This document shows, one piece after another, positions 38,651 to 47,956 of a stretch of 47,956 nt of DNA; positions within the stretch are counted from its first letter, which is position 1; each line of letters starts with the position of its first letter. The notes beneath the pieces are model-generated. The model had not been told where the DNA came from. It saw only the letters and a program-made list of their open reading frames with translations, and made no database searches. A program made the position numbers and the translations under genes. This stretch comes from Myxococcales bacterium (GTDB taxonomy: Bacteria; Myxococcota_A; Polyangia; Fen-1088). The stretch spans positions 1 to 47,956 of the forward strand of contig PMKP01000223.1 of the NCBI GenBank assembly GCA_003157775.1, read 5' to 3'.

Positions 38651-39574
38651 GTGACCGACAGCGACGAGATCATTCGTGGCATTCTCGAGAATGGCCGGGC
38701 GCGGGTGGTGGCTGTGACCACGACGCAGACGGTGCGTGAGATCGCGAGACGGCACCGCGCCGGTGCAGTGGCCGCGGTTGCGCTGGGTCGGGCGGTCACC
38801 GCCGGGCTGACCCTGGCCACGCTGACCAAGGACGAGGAACAGGTCACCCTGCAGATTCTCGGAGACGGGCCGCTGGGCAGTATCACAGTGGATGCGCGCT
38901 CATCTGGTCGTGTGCGCGCCTACCTAAAGCATCCCGGCGCAGTTCCCTGGGTCGGCGCATCCGAGCAGGCCCGCCTTTCCCTGGCGCAGGCGGTGGGAAC
39001 CAAAGGCGTGGTGAGTGTGATCCGCGATCTGGGCCTGGCGCAGAACTACGCCGGTCAGAGCGCGCTCGCGACCGGAGAGATCGACAGTGATGTGGAAAAG
39101 TACCTGTCGACCAGCGAGCAGATCGACAGCGTCCTCCGCTGCGATACTTTGGTCGATGGCGAGGGCGAGATCGTCGCTTCGGCGGGTCTGTTGGTGCAGA
39201 CACTGCCGCAGGCGGGGGGTGAGGCGTTGGTCGACTTCATTCGCCAGACGTTGGACGAGCAGCGACTGGGTCAGGTGCTGCACGAAGCGGCGGGTGGGCT
39301 GGACGCCGAGACTCTTGCGCGCCGATTGCTTGGGCCTGTGTCCGAGAGCCTGCAGACACTTGACCGTCGGCCGGTGACATTCGCCTGCACGTGCAGCCGC
39401 GCGCGCGCCGCTGCCACCCTGGAGATGCTTCACCAGGAGGATCTGCAGGCGATGATCCTGCAGGACAACCAGGCTCGGGTCACCTGCAATTTCTGCGGCG
39501 AGCACTACGTGTTCTCCGAAAGCCAACTGGAACTCATCCGCCGCAAGCGCCAGCCCGCACGGCCGGCGAGCTAG
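38651..39574 (+). CDS. hslO: Redox-regulated chaperone Hsp33
   Basis: GDGPLG, Y...SEQI.S, GLLVQTLP, CTCS and CNFCGEHY zinc centre. Confidence 0.95.
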   Translation: MTDSDEIIRGILENGRARVVAVTTTQTVREIARRHRAGAVAAVALGRAVTAGLTLATLTKDEEQVTLQILGDGPLGSITVDARSSGRVRAYLKHPGAVPWVGASEQARLSLAQAVGTKGVVSVIRDLGLAQNYAGQSALATGEIDSDVEKYLSTSEQIDSVLRCDTLVDGEGEIVASAGLLVQTLPQAGGEALVDFIRQTLDEQRLGQVLHEAAGGLDAETLARRLLGPVSESLQTLDRRPVTFACTCSRARAAATLEMLHQEDLQAMILQDNQARVTCNFCGEHYVFSESQLELIRRKRQPARPAS

Positions 39575-41784
39575 CCGCCCGTCGCTTTCACGAATTCCTC
39601 GGTCTGATTGTTGACCGTGCCCCAAGTGGCCTCGTGCCAGCGGGTACGATGGGCCAGATAGAAGCCGGCGCAGTCACGCAGGTAGCGTAGGGCCATGGGG
39701 CGCTGGCCTTTGACATCGGTCTTCTCGATGGGATCGGCAACCGTGTCGTAGAGCATTTCCTTGCCGGAATAGTCCACGATGTAGCGCAGATTGGCGGCTC
39801 GCAGCGAGTAACTGCGACCATACTCCGACGGGATCACGCGCGGTGTCCACGGGCCCTGCCGCAGGGCCAGTGGCAGAAGGCTCTGTCCCTGCATGCGCGC
39901 CTCGGGTGGCAGACCCATCAGATCCAGGATGGTGGGCGCGACGTCCATGTGGCTGACGGTTGTGTCGACGGTAATCTCCTTGTCAGTCAGGCCCGGCACC
40001 CACAGCACCAGCGGCACCTGCGTGACCTCGAACCAGTGGCCGTAGGCATGGCCCAGACTGCCGTGCTCGAAAAAGCCCTCGCCGTGGTCCGCCAGCAGGA
40101 TGACCGCCGTGTCGTCACGCAGGCCGCGCGTCGCCAGGCTATCGACCAACGTGCCGAAACACTGATCGAGATATTCGACCTCGCCGTCATAGAGCCCGCG
40201 CAGTTGCTGCCAGCGCGCTGGGGTCATCGGCAGTTTTCCCTTGACGATGGCGGTCAGGATGACGCCGTCGGGGCTCTTGCCGATGGCCGGGTCGAACTCG
40301 CCCTTCACGTAGTGTTCAGTGATGCCCTGGTGATAGATATACGGCGTGTGCGGCTCGAAGGCGATGGATGACAGAAAAAAGCGCCGTCCTGCCTTGATCT
40401 GCTCGTCGGCGAAGCCCAGCATCATCTTGACAAGGGTAGGGCAGCCGCCACCTTTGCCTTCCTGCGAGGGCTGATGATACGCGGTCCACTTGGACGCGGC
40501 CCGAAGCCGGCCCATGGCAAATGAATTGTCGCCGAAATATCCGGTGGCGATCTTGTCCGCGCCCAGTACGGCGCTGATCATGGGCGTGCCCGGGTTGAGC
40601 TTGGCCTTGTCGCCCAAGATGCCGTTCACGCGCGGCAAGGTGCCGCTCTGGATGCTGGCATGCGAGGGCGGTGATGAAGGCGAGGCGGCCTCGGTGTTAA
40701 GAAAGACCACGCCGCTCTTGTGGCCGGCCTCGGTGATTCGCGGGGTGAGAACTTTGGTCTGGTGGTAGAGCGCGAGACTGTCGGCGCGCATGGCATCGCC
40801 GATCAGGAGCACCAGGTTGCGCACCGGTTTGGGGCGCGGGAGCGACGGCGCCGCAGCCAGCAGGATGCGCGGCGCGGCCCACAACCCATCGCCGCCGTCG
40901 ACCACGACGAATTCAAGCTTCACCAGCTTCCCGGCCAGGGCCGCCAGCGAAAGCGTATGAGGTTGCCAGCGCCCTGGCGGTTGGGTCTCGTCGAACAGGA
41001 TCTGCGCCGGCTGACCTTCGGGCTGCATCGACACGCGCAGGTGCGCGGCTGCCTGCGCTGCTGCGGTTTCGAGCACCAGGAACGACTGGCGCGGGACTTC
41101 CAAGAGCATGGCATAGCGGCGAAATCCGGCGAGAGCGGCCTTCTCTTGTCCGGCGACGTTGGCCGTGACCACAGGCGATGCGGGCCAGGCGTCAGCCGGC
41201 TCGGGCGCTGGGCCGGCCAGCACCTCCAGCGAGTGAAAGAGTGCGCCCCTTCTGGCCACCGCGATGCCGAGATCGTTCTCGCCCGTGCGAAGCACGCCCG
41301 TGGGCACGCTGACGGCCACTGTCTGCCAGCCACTTGCCAGCGCAGCCGTCTTCAAGGGCCTGCCGTTCAGGCGCAACGACAGCCGCTGTCCGGACTCCCC
41401 GCTCATGCGCACGACGATGGTGGCTGCCCCGGTTTCGCCCTCCCAGGGAAAGCGCAAGCTGCTGGTGGTGGAGCCCAAGACGCGACCGGCGCGATCTTGC
41501 AGCTTGCTCACCCCCCGCCACGGGCTGGCGTATTCCTGGGTGTACTTTCTGAATCCTTCGCTGCCAAAAGGAATGGTCAGCCCTCTCTGAAACAGGTGCC
41601 AGAGAGCTCGGTTGGCCAACAGATCCACGCGCGGCCCGGACTCATCCAGTCGCGGCGCGGCCGACGGGGCCGCCTTGGGCGAGCCAGCAGAAGAAGGCGC
41701 CGCCGCGTGCGCAAGCAAAGGTGCGCGCTGACAGCCGAGGCCGGCGACAAGGACTGTGGCAAGACGAATCAGGACACGAGACAT
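39571..41784 (-). CDS. Sulfatase-like (alkaline phosphatase superfamily) lipoprotein with N-terminal beta domains
   Basis: Lipobox GLGC; [34 protein letters not shown]...EHG...H, DVAPTIL, LYD...DP.E. Confidence 0.85.
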   Translation of the reverse strand: MSRVLIRLATVLVAGLGCQRAPLLAHAAAPSSAGSPKAAPSAAPRLDESGPRVDLLANRALWHLFQRGLTIPFGSEGFRKYTQEYASPWRGVSKLQDRAGRVLGSTTSSLRFPWEGETGAATIVVRMSGESGQRLSLRLNGRPLKTAALASGWQTVAVSVPTGVLRTGENDLGIAVARRGALFHSLEVLAGPAPEPADAWPASPVVTANVAGQEKAALAGFRRYAMLLEVPRQSFLVLETAAAQAAAHLRVSMQPEGQPAQILFDETQPPGRWQPHTLSLAALAGKLVKLEFVVVDGGDGLWAAPRILLAAAPSLPRPKPVRNLVLLIGDAMRADSLALYHQTKVLTPRITEAGHKSGVVFLNTEAASPSSPPSHASIQSGTLPRVNGILGDKAKLNPGTPMISAVLGADKIATGYFGDNSFAMGRLRAASKWTAYHQPSQEGKGGGCPTLVKMMLGFADEQIKAGRRFFLSSIAFEPHTPYIYHQGITEHYVKGEFDPAIGKSPDGVILTAIVKGKLPMTPARWQQLRGLYDGEVEYLDQCFGTLVDSLATRGLRDDTAVILLADHGEGFFEHGSLGHAYGHWFEVTQVPLVLWVPGLTDKEITVDTTVSHMDVAPTILDLMGLPPEARMQGQSLLPLALRQGPWTPRVIPSEYGRSYSLRAANLRYIVDYSGKEMLYDTVADPIEKTDVKGQRPMALRYLRDCAGFYLAHRTRWHEATWGTVNNQTEEFVKATGG

Positions 41785-41856
41785 GCGTCTCTTCTAGCGC
41801 ACTTGCGAGGTCTGCGGGCAATGCCTTCCGCAGTGGCGGGCGCGGGCTGCTCTAGC

Positions 41857-44800
41857 CTACGGAGTCGTCGGCACGGTCATCGGATTCGGGAAGTTGCCTG
41901 ACAGGAAGAGCATGGAATAGACGCCGAGCGATTCCTGGAAGTACCTGTCATTCTCGACGGTGGTTGACACGGCTTCTTCCATGGCTTCCTGCCGGATGTC
42001 CGAGGTGGTGGCCCCGCCATCATTGTACACGCTGACATACGAGCACATGGCCGAGTTGACCGTATAGGAGTTGTGGCCATTGGCCGGATCGCAACCGCTG
42101 ACGGTGCCATCTGGACCCATTGAATCACAAATCGTCGAGAACCGATTGGCATTGGGCTCGGGCGGATTGTTCTTGTAGAAACTATTGAAGTAGTTTTGAA
42201 CGTTGTCGATCTCCGCCTGGACGCGCGTCTTGCCGGGATAGTGATTAGAGGAGTTGGCGGCATTTTCCGGCAGGCTGGTATTGTCGCCGAACCAGGCAGC
42301 GTCGATGCCCACACGCCACAAGAAACGCTCCCATTCGTAGGGTTGGCCACCGCCAACGTTGGAGCAGGGAGCGCTCATTGAGCCTTCGTACCCGACAAAG
42401 CCCGGCTGCAACCCTGCCTGGTCGTAGCATCGCTCAAGCATCTCGTAGACGGTCTGGGCGGTCTTGTACCAGAAAGCTTGGTGGGTCTGCCCGTTGGCCG
42501 CCGTTGCCGCGCTGCCCAGTTTGGCAGCCAAGAAATCCCCGAACACCCGGAAATATCCCGGTGGGTAGTAATCCATGTGCACGTTTACCGACATGTTGCC
42601 GGTCTGGTAGGTGCAAGGCCCGTTGGGATAGTTCTGACAGTCCTTGGGTCCGGTGTCCCCTTCCGTGGGGTAGTTCCAGATTCCGTCGGCCTTGGTGTCG
42701 ATCTCGCATTCCATCTTGGTAAGCCAGTCGATAGCGAATTGGGTGTACTTATCCGGCCATTGCAGGGCTGCGAACACCAACCCAATCGCGATGTCCACGT
42801 CACCATCGAAGGCGCTGTCTTCATTCCCGCCGCAACTTTCCTTGGCCGGATCGCAGGGCGAATCGAGCGTCCGGCACGGAATGCTGCCATCCCACATCCA
42901 GCCCATGAGGCCGCCACAGTACTTGTCCGCGGCTTGCGAGAGAAAATGCCGGACGAAATTCCACAAGGCATCGAAGGTTGGCTGGTCGCCGATGGCAGCG
43001 GCAATGGCCATACCATAGCCCTGGCCCTCGCTTACCGTCTTGGGTGGGTCGGTCTTGATGCGCGCGGTACCCGGGCCGCACACGGTATCGGTGGTCGTGA
43101 CGTAGTTGTCTCTCCAGATCAGGTACCGCTGGTACACAAAGGTATTCAGCAGCTCTTGGACGCTAGCTACCTCGGTATAGATGTAGGCCAACGATCCTCC
43201 GTTGGGATAGAGGTAGTTGGTGCTGGCGTACGGGAACCAACCCCCGAATCCCACGGTGATGGGCGTGGCCGGCGGTTTGGGCGCGCAGGCGCTGTCGTTC
43301 CAGTTGCCCGTGGCGGACCAATCGCCGCCGTCTCCGTCCGGATAGTAGGTGAAGAACTTGAAACGGCTGGTGGCCGGGATGTCGGGTTTGCCGTAGTCCC
43401 AGCGCAGCCAGTATTCGTTAGGCGTGTCGGGGAAGGGACGCGGCTGGACGGTGTTCCACTCGGGGTTGTGGGTCTTGTCCACCGCCCGCCAGGTGGCATT
43501 CGCGACAAAGAATGCATCAGGGACAGGACAATTGAACCACGGGCGATCGGCCTCGCGGAAGCAGATGACCTTGTTGCTGGTCACCTCCATTTCCATCCAT
43601 TTGGGCATGAGCGCGGGCTTGGGGAAGAAAGTGAAGGTCTTCTGTCCGGCCCAGATATAGCGGAAGTGGACGGTGTGGAAGTTGTTTGGAACCGGCGGGC
43701 TGCAGGGATCGACCGGGCCGGTGGACCCACCGCAGTAGGCATATCCAGGACCGGGGTTCTTCGTGTAGAAGTAGTAGGTGAGTGGATCTTGTGACCAGTC
43801 CATGCACATGGGAATGGACGCCGCGGTGTTGTCTGGCGCGCCCGCGTAGCCGATCCAGTATTCGTTGACGCCGGTAGTGAGCACGGGCAGGGGCAGATTC
43901 GGCGTCCACAAACCCACGCTATCATCAGGGTAACGGAATGTGATGTTCACCGGGTTTGCGGCGGTCTTCGTCCAGTCGCTGGTGGGGATGAGCACGAAGT
44001 ACCAGGGGCAATTGCCGTCCTGGTATTCGAGCATGGCCTGCATCTCGCAGCCCACCCCAGTGACTTTCAGGCTGCTGGGGTAGGGGGGCGTGTCGTAGCC
44101 CAGCTTGACCTTTCCACAGGCCGAGCCCGGGAATCCGGTCTCCTGCGGATCGCCCCAGGGCCAGCGGAAGTGAACCTTGATGTAACCGCTCGGGACGGAT
44201 TGATCGGGCTGTCCTTGCGGGCACGCTTCGGAAGCGACCACGGTCTTGTCGTTGGTGAGGCGGAAATGCTGGTTTCCCACAGTGGCGTTGGGATAGGCGC
44301 TGTAGTCAGCAGCCAGGGTGCTGGACGGGCCGGTGTAGTCAAGCCAGATGTCAGGGCTGGTGGGCGCCAGTTTCGAGATATCGAAGTCGCCCGAGGGGTT
44401 GCCGCTGGGGCAGCCATCAGGACCGATCGGCTTGATCTGGATAGTGGTCAAGGTGTTGGGGATACACACCGAATACCAAGAACAGCTCGCCGAGTCCTGG
44501 CGCGCACCGTACTGCACGTAGCTCCCGGTTGGGTTGATGACGAGAACCGACAACGGTGGAGCAGACATCGTGTTCATGGTCGGGTTGACCCCGCTCGACC
44601 AGATGTCTCGTATGTGCATGCGGACCTCCCCGACTGGACAAGAGAAGGTCTCGCCCTGGTCCGGCGATAGATCCGGCGACGGCGGCCGGGTATCGGGAGG
44701 GGGGGGCGGGGCAGCATCGTGAGCAGCTTGGCCCCCGGTTGAACTCGTCGTGGCAATGGTGGTGCCGCCTGTAGAGACGGCTGTGTTGCCGCCCATGCCT

Positions 44801-45129
44801 TCGATGCCGCCCATAGTCACCGTACCGCCAGACGCCGGCACGCCGCCTGTGCTAACAGTTCCCCCGCTCGCGAACGGGTTCCGCCCGGAAGACGAGGAAG
44901 CGGTCGTCGTGGCAATCGTGGTTCCGCCTGAGGCAGTGCTTGCGTCGGGTTCTTCTGACCACACATGGCCGAATGTCCCGCTCGACATGGGATGGGCGTT
45001 GCAGCTCCACAGCACGAGGAGCATGCCTGTGGTCAGCAAGAACCAGCGCGTTACGTTCCAGGTTGCTCGCACGACCTGACGCAGCCTTGCCGGTAGTCGG
45101 CGGCTATTCGAAGATTGAACCATGGTCAT
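41857..45129 (-). CDS. Multidomain GH8 glycoside hydrolase lipoprotein (Gly/Thr linker, three repeated beta modules, C-terminal GH8)
   Basis: Lipobox LWSC; TVSEGQGYGM, FDALW, GLMGW, SAFDGDVDIAIGL, Y..P..F..F, WRVGID; start 45129 or 45123. Confidence 0.88.
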   Translation of the reverse strand: MTMVQSSNSRRLPARLRQVVRATWNVTRWFLLTTGMLLVLWSCNAHPMSSGTFGHVWSEEPDASTASGGTTIATTTASSSSGRNPFASGGTVSTGGVPASGGTVTMGGIEGMGGNTAVSTGGTTIATTSSTGGQAAHDAAPPPPPDTRPPSPDLSPDQGETFSCPVGEVRMHIRDIWSSGVNPTMNTMSAPPLSVLVINPTGSYVQYGARQDSASCSWYSVCIPNTLTTIQIKPIGPDGCPSGNPSGDFDISKLAPTSPDIWLDYTGPSSTLAADYSAYPNATVGNQHFRLTNDKTVVASEACPQGQPDQSVPSGYIKVHFRWPWGDPQETGFPGSACGKVKLGYDTPPYPSSLKVTGVGCEMQAMLEYQDGNCPWYFVLIPTSDWTKTAANPVNITFRYPDDSVGLWTPNLPLPVLTTGVNEYWIGYAGAPDNTAASIPMCMDWSQDPLTYYFYTKNPGPGYAYCGGSTGPVDPCSPPVPNNFHTVHFRYIWAGQKTFTFFPKPALMPKWMEMEVTSNKVICFREADRPWFNCPVPDAFFVANATWRAVDKTHNPEWNTVQPRPFPDTPNEYWLRWDYGKPDIPATSRFKFFTYYPDGDGGDWSATGNWNDSACAPKPPATPITVGFGGWFPYASTNYLYPNGGSLAYIYTEVASVQELLNTFVYQRYLIWRDNYVTTTDTVCGPGTARIKTDPPKTVSEGQGYGMAIAAAIGDQPTFDALWNFVRHFLSQAADKYCGGLMGWMWDGSIPCRTLDSPCDPAKESCGGNEDSAFDGDVDIAIGLVFAALQWPDKYTQFAIDWLTKMECEIDTKADGIWNYPTEGDTGPKDCQNYPNGPCTYQTGNMSVNVHMDYYPPGYFRVFGDFLAAKLGSAATAANGQTHQAFWYKTAQTVYEMLERCYDQAGLQPGFVGYEGSMSAPCSNVGGGQPYEWERFLWRVGIDAAWFGDNTSLPENAANSSNHYPGKTRVQAEIDNVQNYFNSFYKNNPPEPNANRFSTICDSMGPDGTVSGCDPANGHNSYTVNSAMCSYVSVYNDGGATTSDIRQEAMEEAVSTTVENDRYFQESLGVYSMLFLSGNFPNPMTVPTTP

Positions 45130-45549
45130 TCGCCTGTAGCCCAAAGAGCTTCGTGTAACGATAGCACCCTGCTGGGCTAACAGGAAAGGCGAACCGAATG
45201 GGAAGTGTGGGTTTGGTGACGGCCCTGGGCATGGCTGTCTCTGCGCGCCAACCTGTGGTTCCGGGGCCGTGGAGGCCGGGAGGATCATTCGTCGGTGAAT
45301 CGCTGCGCGAGGCGCTGCTTGACGAGCAGTTTGGAGAGGGGTTTCTGCAAGGGCCTCGGCTTCGGTCGTGCCCGAGTGCGCCAGGGAGGCGTCTTCGCGA
45401 CCGGCGCGACCTTGCAGAGGGCGCGGGAAGGGGTAGAAGGCACACTGTGAGCGGTAGCGTAGCTGAGCCAGACGGGGCGATAGCTGCTACTGCACCCGTA
45501 CCGTTGGGTGAGTGACCTGCGGCGGGCCGATCGCCAAGAGTAGCAAGAC

Positions 45550-47547
45550 GTGAAGCCAAAGATCATTTTTTTCACCTTGTTGTCGGCCACCTGGGCCATC
45601 GTGCCTTCGGCGCATGCTGCGATGTATTACTACGGCCCCAGTGGACTCAGCAGTGCGGCTTGCACCCAGGCGGCGCCTTGCGCCCTCGACTACAACCTGA
45701 GCGGCAAGACATTTCAGCCAGGCGACACCATCTATCTTCTCGGCGGAACGTACTCGGGTCAGTACATTCGCAATGGAGCAAGCGGCAATTCAGGGGCGTG
45801 GATTACCTTCAAGGCCGTCGACGGCCAACTGCCGATACTTGACGGCGGAAACGGGGTCGGCTGTGGCGCGGAGCCCAACGCTGTGGTGCAGTACGTGATC
45901 TTCGACGGCATCGCCTCGCGCAACTGGCAGTCCAGCGGCTTCTCCAACGGGTGGAACAATCCTTCGAGCCACATTCAGTTCATAAATTGCATTGCGGACG
46001 GCAATGGCGTCAACGGCATCGCCTTCTACAAGGCGACGGGTGTGCTGATTCAGCAAAGCATCGTTGCCCACAATGGGAATCAGCAGCCGTCGTGGTCTAG
46101 TGGGGTCAACTTGTATACCGCCGGTGGCAGCTACCAAGACAACATCATTCGCAGAAACGTGTCCTTCGAGAACATCGACATATCATCTCACCATTCGGAC
46201 GGCAGCGGCTTCATCCTGGACCAAAGCAGCACCGGCGCCTTGTTTGAAAACAATATCGGTTTTCGCAACGGCGGTTCGTGCATTCGGCTGAATAGTCCTG
46301 GTTCGCACGTGGTGAACAATACTTGCTACCACGATGGTCTCGAGCCGAGCGATGCGCAGGGTCTGCCGGCAAGTCCGGGTGAAATCTACTATTCGGATGC
46401 GACGACGAAAAGCGGAGCGGTGTTTCAGAACAACTTGGCTGCGGCGAGTGGATACAACAACACGCAGACTGCATTTGGCGGACCATTGCCGACGCAAACG
46501 ACGAATTATGCGGTCAATGCCAATGCGGCGACACCATTCTTCGTGAATCCGGCGGGCGCGAATCCAGATTTTCACCTGACCTCGTCCGCGGCGGCGAACA
46601 TTGTGGACAAGGGAACCGCTTCCGGCGCTCCCACGCAGGATATCGGATTTGATCCGAAGTGCATCAAGAGTGGCAGCCCAGGCGGAGCGAGCTGGTGGAG
46701 CTATACGATTGACTATACCTACATCGCGGGCATCGGCGGTGTGGCGAAGTGTTTCAATCCTGCGACCCGGTCCACCACCCCAGACATCGGTGCCTATGAG
46801 TACAACGGGACGACTGGGACCGGCGGGGTGTCCGGGACAGGGGGCGCGACGGGCGCCGGAGGCTCGAATGCGACGGGTGGGACGCCTGCGACAGGCGGGA
46901 CCACGGCTGCTGGGGGCTCGAAAGCGACGGGCGGCACTACGTCCACCGGCGGCACCACCAGTGCCGGCGGTTCGAAAGCGGCGGGCGGCAGCGTACCCGG
47001 CAACGGCGGCACCCAAGCTGCGGGTGGCATGACGGGAACCGGCGGGACCGTGATAGTTGGAAGCGGTGGCCTAGCCAACACCGGCGGTGCCAAGACCACT
47101 GGCGGCACGACCAGCACGGTGCCGGGGACCGGCGGCGCGATCGCCGCAACCGGGGGTTCGTCCAACGCGGGCGGTGCATTGGGCACAGGTGGGCTGGCGG
47201 GAAGCGGCGGCATCAGCCCAACCGGGGGTATCGTTGCCACGGGGGGCAGCACGAATACGAGCGTGGGTGGCTCAGCCAGCGGCGCCGCTGGCGGTGCCTC
47301 GAATGCAGGCGGCGACATGGGCGGGGCAGGCACCCACGGATCCGGCAATTCCGGTGATGTTGGAGGTTGCGGCTGCCGCGTGGCGGGCGGGCCGTCGCGC
47401 TCGACCCTCGCAGGCTTCGGCCTGCTCAGTTTGATTGTCCTGGGTTTCGCCAGAAGGTTATCCGCAAGGTCTGCTTTCCGACGTGCTATTCGGGGAGGCG
47501 CCACCTTGTCGAAGGCGGACAATACTGGTAGGAGGGTGGCCAACTAG
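45550..47547 (+). CDS. Secreted right-handed beta-helix (pectin-lyase-like) protein with Gly-rich stalk and MYXO-CTERM anchor
   Basis: Signal peptide ending AHA; PGDTIYLLGGTY, DGSGFILD, NN..F.NGG, DIGAYEY; GGCGCRV...TM...RR. Confidence 0.85.
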   Translation: MKPKIIFFTLLSATWAIVPSAHAAMYYYGPSGLSSAACTQAAPCALDYNLSGKTFQPGDTIYLLGGTYSGQYIRNGASGNSGAWITFKAVDGQLPILDGGNGVGCGAEPNAVVQYVIFDGIASRNWQSSGFSNGWNNPSSHIQFINCIADGNGVNGIAFYKATGVLIQQSIVAHNGNQQPSWSSGVNLYTAGGSYQDNIIRRNVSFENIDISSHHSDGSGFILDQSSTGALFENNIGFRNGGSCIRLNSPGSHVVNNTCYHDGLEPSDAQGLPASPGEIYYSDATTKSGAVFQNNLAAASGYNNTQTAFGGPLPTQTTNYAVNANAATPFFVNPAGANPDFHLTSSAAANIVDKGTASGAPTQDIGFDPKCIKSGSPGGASWWSYTIDYTYIAGIGGVAKCFNPATRSTTPDIGAYEYNGTTGTGGVSGTGGATGAGGSNATGGTPATGGTTAAGGSKATGGTTSTGGTTSAGGSKAAGGSVPGNGGTQAAGGMTGTGGTVIVGSGGLANTGGAKTTGGTTSTVPGTGGAIAATGGSSNAGGALGTGGLAGSGGISPTGGIVATGGSTNTSVGGSASGAAGGASNAGGDMGGAGTHGSGNSGDVGGCGCRVAGGPSRSTLAGFGLLSLIVLGFARRLSARSAFRRAIRGGATLSKADNTGRRVAN

Positions 47548-47587
47548 ATTTGAGTTGGCGCGATCTCTCACAAAGGGGCTAGAAAAA

Positions 47588-47956
47588 ATGCGAAAGACAG
47601 CAACGACTTGTTCGACGATCACCACATGGATCGGATGTTTGGTCATCGCTGCGGCGGCGGCGAATTGCACTCAGTCGAGCGGCGGCAACCAAGGCTCTGG
47701 CGGAAAACAAGCCACGGGTGGTTCGTCCAGTACGGGCGGAACTTCAGCTACAGGCGGGTCGCAGGGCTCCGGCGGCAACCAAACCACAGGCGGGTCGCAG
47801 GGCTCCGGCGGCACTCAAGCCACGGGCGGGTCGCAGGGCTCTGGCGGCACTCAAGCCACGGGCGGGTCGCAGGGCTCTGGCGGCAACCAAACCACAGGCG
47901 GGTCGCAGGGCTCCGGCGGCAACCAAGGCTCGGGCGGGTCGCAGGGCGATGGCGGC
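47588..47956 (+). CDS. Lipoprotein with Gly/Ser/Gln/Thr repeats (5' part; runs off window end)
   Basis: Manual translation MRKTATTCSTITTWIGCLVIAAAAANCTQSSGGNQGSGG...; lipobox-like AANC. Confidence 0.75.
   Translation, partial: MRKTATTCSTITTWIGCLVIAAAAANCTQSSGGNQGSGGKQATGGSSSTGGTSATGGSQGSGGNQTTGGSQGSGGTQATGGSQGSGGTQATGGSQGSGGNQTTGGSQGSGGNQGSGGSQGDGG
47749..47947 (+). repeat. 36-bp tandem repeats (TGGSQGSGG[NT]Q[AT])
   Basis: Repeated ACNGGCGGGTCGCAGGGCTCYGGCGGCA...CAA units. Confidence 0.85.

Noticed and set aside
45270-45345. c-di-AMP (ydaO) riboswitch-like words GGAGGA...GGTGAATC
   Set aside because: The conserved 3' half (CCCG...CAGCTAAC) is missing

Overview
High-GC bacterial chromosomal segment, most consistent with Myxococcota (Polyangia-like), based on a MYXO-CTERM tail, many Gly/Cys-rich lipoproteins and a Hanks kinase. 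Housekeeping genes (lon, ttcA, hslO, ygiQ-family radical SAM, SUV3-like helicase) and a cobalamin-riboswitch-controlled B12 uptake operon (btuB, a beta-propeller lipoprotein, btuCDF) are interspersed with many exported glycan-active or adhesin-like proteins: GH128, GH45-like, GH8, CBM11-like, beta-helix, collagen-like and an F-type lectin. Two GT-C-fold membrane glycosyltransferases are also present. The best candidate novelties are (i) an apparently circularly permuted GH45 endoglucanase whose canonical N-terminal catalytic segment sits at the C-terminus, and (ii) a shared hexapeptide-periodic Gly/Thr/Ser stalk on about eight unrelated surface proteins, suggesting a tethered glycan-degrading surface arsenal. 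Several small gene and IS remnants lie in intergenic spaces. No rRNA, tRNA, CRISPR array, intact mobile element or defence system was seen. All family calls come from motif recognition by eye, not database searches.
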